Source: Eutreptiella sp. 'Long Island Sound 2002'
Lineage: Eukaryota; Protista; Euglenida
Direction: 5' to 3'
Assembly (NCBI GenBank): GCA_964036045.1
Contig: OZ038378.1
Span: 61,752,001 to 61,816,000 of the forward strand
DNA length: 64,000 nucleotides
Shown here: in pieces, positions 60,696 to 64,000 of the stretch
How positions within the stretch are numbered: position 1 is the first letter of the stretch
Layout of the letters: each line of letters begins with the position of its first letter
Translations under genes and position numbers: made by a program
The notes under the pieces: generated by a model
Told to the model about the DNA's origin: nothing
Seen by the model: only the letters and a program-made list of their open reading frames with translations
The model's database searches: none

Positions 60696-61370
60696 CTCCT
60701 GCAATGCACTGCCTCAGCGCTTGGGGCAGTGGGCAGTGGAAATCCTGCAATGCACTGCCACACTGCCTGGGGGCAGTGGGCAGTGGACCTCCTGCAATCC
60801 ACTGCCTCACTGCCCGGGGGCAGTGGGCAGTGCAACTCCTGCAATACACTGCCCCACTGCCTTGGGGCAGCGGGCAGTGGACCTCCTGCAATACACCGCC
60901 TCACTGCCTGGGGGCAGTGGGCAGTGGACCTCCTGCAATACACTGCCTCACTGCCTGGGGGCAGTTGGCAGCGCAATTCCTGCAATGCACTGCCGCACTG
61001 CCTGGGGGCAGTGGGCAATGCAACTCCTGCAATGCACTGCCTTACTGCCTGGGGGCAGTAGGCAGCGGAACTCCTGCAATGCACTGCCTCACTGCCTGGG
61101 GGCAGTGGACAGTGCAACTCCTGCGACGCACTGCCTCACTGCCTGAGGGCAGTGGAAAGTGGAACTCCCGCAATGCACTTCCCCACTGTCTGGGGGCAGT
61201 GGAGAGTGCTACTCCTGCAATACACTGCCGCACCGCCTGGGGGCAGTGGGCAGTGGAACTCCTGCAATGCACTGCCTCACTGCCTGGGGGCAGTGGGCAG
61301 TGCAACTCCTGCAATGCACTACCCCACTGCCCGGGGGCAGTGGGCAGTGCAACTCCTGCAATGCACTGCC
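60696..61370. repeat. 47-bp hairpin satellite, array 2
   Basis: Same unit as 55640-56990. Confidence 0.95.
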
Positions 61371-64000
61371 AAGGCCAATGGGGGGCCATCTGCTTCAGAG
61401 AACCGGGCGCACCCGCCTGGGGGGGACGGGGAGCCCAGCCCAGGGGGTGGTCGGAGCCTCCTGCAAGGCCAATGGGGGGCCTTCTTCTTCAGAGAACCGG
61501 GCGCACCTGCCTGGGGGGGACGGGGAGCCCAGCCCAGGGGGTGTTCGGAGTCTCCGGTAAGGCCAATGGGGGGCCATCTGCTTCAGAGAACCGGGCGCAC
61601 CGGCCTGGGGGGGACGGGGAGCCTAGCCCAGGGGATGTTCGGAGTCTCCTGTAAGGCCAATGGGGGGCCATCTGCTTCAGAGAACCGGGCGCACCGGCCT
61701 AGGGGGAACGGGGAGCCCAGCCCAGGGGGTGTTCGGAGTCTCCTGTAAGGCCAATGGGGGGCCATCTGCTTCAGAGAACCGGGCGCACCGGCCTGGGGGG
61801 GACGGGGAGCCCAGCCCAGGGGGTGTTCGGAGTCTCCTGTAAGGCCAATGGGGGGCCTTCTGCTTCAGAGAACCGGGCGCACCGGCCTGGGGGGGACGGG
61901 GAGCCCAGCCCAGGGGGTGTTCGGAGTCTCCTGTAAGGCCAATGGGGGGCCATCTGCTTCAGAGAACCGGGCGCACCGGCCTGGGGGGGACGGGGAGCCC
62001 AGCCCAGGGGGTGTTCGGAGTCTCCTGTAAGGCCAATGGGGGGCCATCTGCTTCAGAGAACTGGGCGCTCCGGCCTGGGGGGGACGGGGAGCCCAGCCCA
62101 GGGGGTGTTCGGAGTCTCCTGTAAGGCCAATGGGGGGCCATCTGCTTCAGAGAACCGGGCGCACCGGCCTGGGGGGGACGGGGAGCCCAGCCCAGGGGGT
62201 GTTCGGAGTCTCCTGTAAGGCCAATGGGGGGCCATCTGCTTCAGAGAACCGGGCGCACCGGCCTCGGGGGGACGGGGAGCCCAGCCCAGGGGGTGTTCGG
62301 GGTCTCCTGTAAGGCCAATGGGGGGCCATCTGCTTCAGAGAACCGGGCGCACCGGCCTGGGGGGGACGGGGAGCCCGGCCCAGGGGGTGTTCGGAGTCTC
62401 CTGTAAGGCCAATGGGGGGCCATCTGCTTCAGAGAACCGGGCGCACCGGCCTGGGGGGGACGGGGAGCCCAACCCAGGGGGTGTTCGGAGTCTCCTGTAA
62501 GGCCAATGGGGGGCCATCTGCTTCAGAGAACCGGGCGCACCGGCCTGGGGGGGACGGGGAGCCCAGCCCAGGGGGTGTTCGGGGTCTCCTGCAAGGCCAA
62601 TGGGGGGCCATGTGCTTCAGAGAACTGGGCGCACCGGCCTGGGGGGGACGGGGAGCCCAGCCCAGGGGGTGTTCGGAGTCTCCTGTAAGGCCAATGGGGG
62701 GCCATCTGCTTCAGAGAACCGGGCGCACCGGCCGGGGGGGGACGGGGAGCCCAGTCCAGGGGGTGTTCGGAGTCTCCTGTAAGGCCAATGGGGGGCCATC
62801 TGCTTCAGAGAACCGGGCGCACCGGCCTGGGGGGGACGGGGAGCCCAGCCCAGGGGGTGTTCGGAGTCTCCTGTAAGGCCAATGGGGGGCCATCTGCTTC
62901 AGAGAACTGGGCGCTCCGGCCTGGGGGGGACGGGGAGCCCAGCCCAGGGGGTGTTCGGAGTCTCCTGTAAGGCCAATGGGGGGCCATCTGCTTCAGAGAA
63001 CCGGGCGCACCGGCCTGGGGGGGACGGGGAGCCCAGCCCAGGGGGTGTTCGGAGTCTCCTGTAAGGCCAATGGGGGGCCATCTGCTTCAGAGAACTGGGC
63101 GCTCCGGCCTGGGGGGGACGGGGAGCCCAGCCCAGGGGGTGTTCGGAGTCTCCTGTAAGGCCAATGGGGGGCCATCTGCTTCAGAGAACCGGGCGCACCG
63201 GCCTGGGGGGGACGGGGAGCCCAGCCCAGGGGGTGTTCGGAGTCTCCTGTAAGGCCAATGGGGGGCCATCTGCTTCAGAGAACCGGGCGCACCGGCCTCG
63301 GGGGGACGGGGAGCCCAGCCCAGGGGGTGTTCGGAGTCTCCTGTAAGGCCAATGGGGGGCCATCTGCTTCAGAGAACCGGGCGCACCGGCCTGGGGGGGA
63401 CGGGGAGCCCGGCCCAGGGGGTGTTCGGAGTCTCCTGTAAGGCCAATGGGGGGCCATCTGCTTCAGAGAACCGGGCGCACCGGCCTGGGGGGGACGGGGA
63501 GCCCAGCCCAGGGGGTGTTCGGAGTCTCCTGTAAGGCCAATGGGGGGCCATCTGCTTCAGAGAACCGGGCGCACCGGCCTGGGGGGGACGGGGAGCCCAG
63601 CCCAGGGGGTGTTCGGGGTCTCCTGCAAGGCCAATGGGGGGCCATGTGCTTCAGAGAACTGGGCGCACCGGCCTGGGGGGGACGGGGAGCCCAGCCCAGG
63701 GGGTGTTCGGAGTCTCCTGTAAGGCCAATGGGGGGCCATCTGCTTCAGAGAACCGGGCGCACCGGCCGGGGGGGGACGGGGAGCCCAGTCCAGGGGGTGT
63801 TCGGAGTCTCCTGTAAGGCCAATGGGGGGCCATCTGCTTCAGAGAACCGGGCGCACCGGCCTGGGGGGGACGGGGAGCCCAGCCCAGGGGGTGTTCGGCG
63901 TCTCCTGCTAGGCCAATGGGGGGCCATCTGCTTCAGAGAACCGGGCGCACCGGCCTGGGGGGGACGGGGAGCCCAGCCCAGGGGGTGTTCGGAGTCTCCT
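61371..64000. repeat. Homogeneous 94-bp satellite with an 11-mer (1034-bp) higher-order repeat
   Basis: ORF starts step by exactly 94 bp; diagnostic variants recur 1034 bp apart. Confidence 0.97.

Noticed and set aside
55438-61654. Very long ORFs (1208, 1032, 566, 492, 379 aa) and many 60-aa ORFs
   Set aside because: They are translations of stop-poor GC-rich satellites, open on both strands and in several frames, with no domain motifs.
1-64000. rRNA, tRNA genes or prokaryotic operon structure
   Set aside because: No recognisable conserved RNA motifs; spliceosomal introns and repeat content indicate eukaryotic nuclear DNA.

Overview
Eukaryotic, repeat-dominated 64-kb window. It is most likely from a photosynthetic euglenid (inferred from the targeting-peptide architecture, GT-AG introns and repeat style). 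Only one credible host gene is visible: a minus-strand, intron-split gene (~41.3/40.4 to 38.7 kb) encoding a plastid-type presequence followed by a complete TsaE ATPase fused in frame to the N-terminal part of TsaD (t6A tRNA modification). I did not find its 3' exons by eye. Positions 1-38.7 kb are nested, decayed mobile DNA: a RAG1/Transib-like DDE transposase relic, several non-LTR (APE/RT) relics, a 6.88-kb tandem duplication carrying 2OG-Fe(II) dioxygenase pseudogenes beside a MULE/SWIM-like ORF, an 8.4-kb CAC...GTG element with block-conserved asymmetric ends and a nested 2.57-kb TIR element, and two decayed glycosyltransferase-like ORFs. Positions 41.6-64 kb are satellite DNA: an ~85-bp triple-hairpin satellite with MITE-like insertions, a 47-bp hairpin satellite, an ~82-bp G-rich satellite, and a 94-bp satellite with an 11-mer higher-order repeat. 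All assignments come from manual reading and translation; no searches were run.
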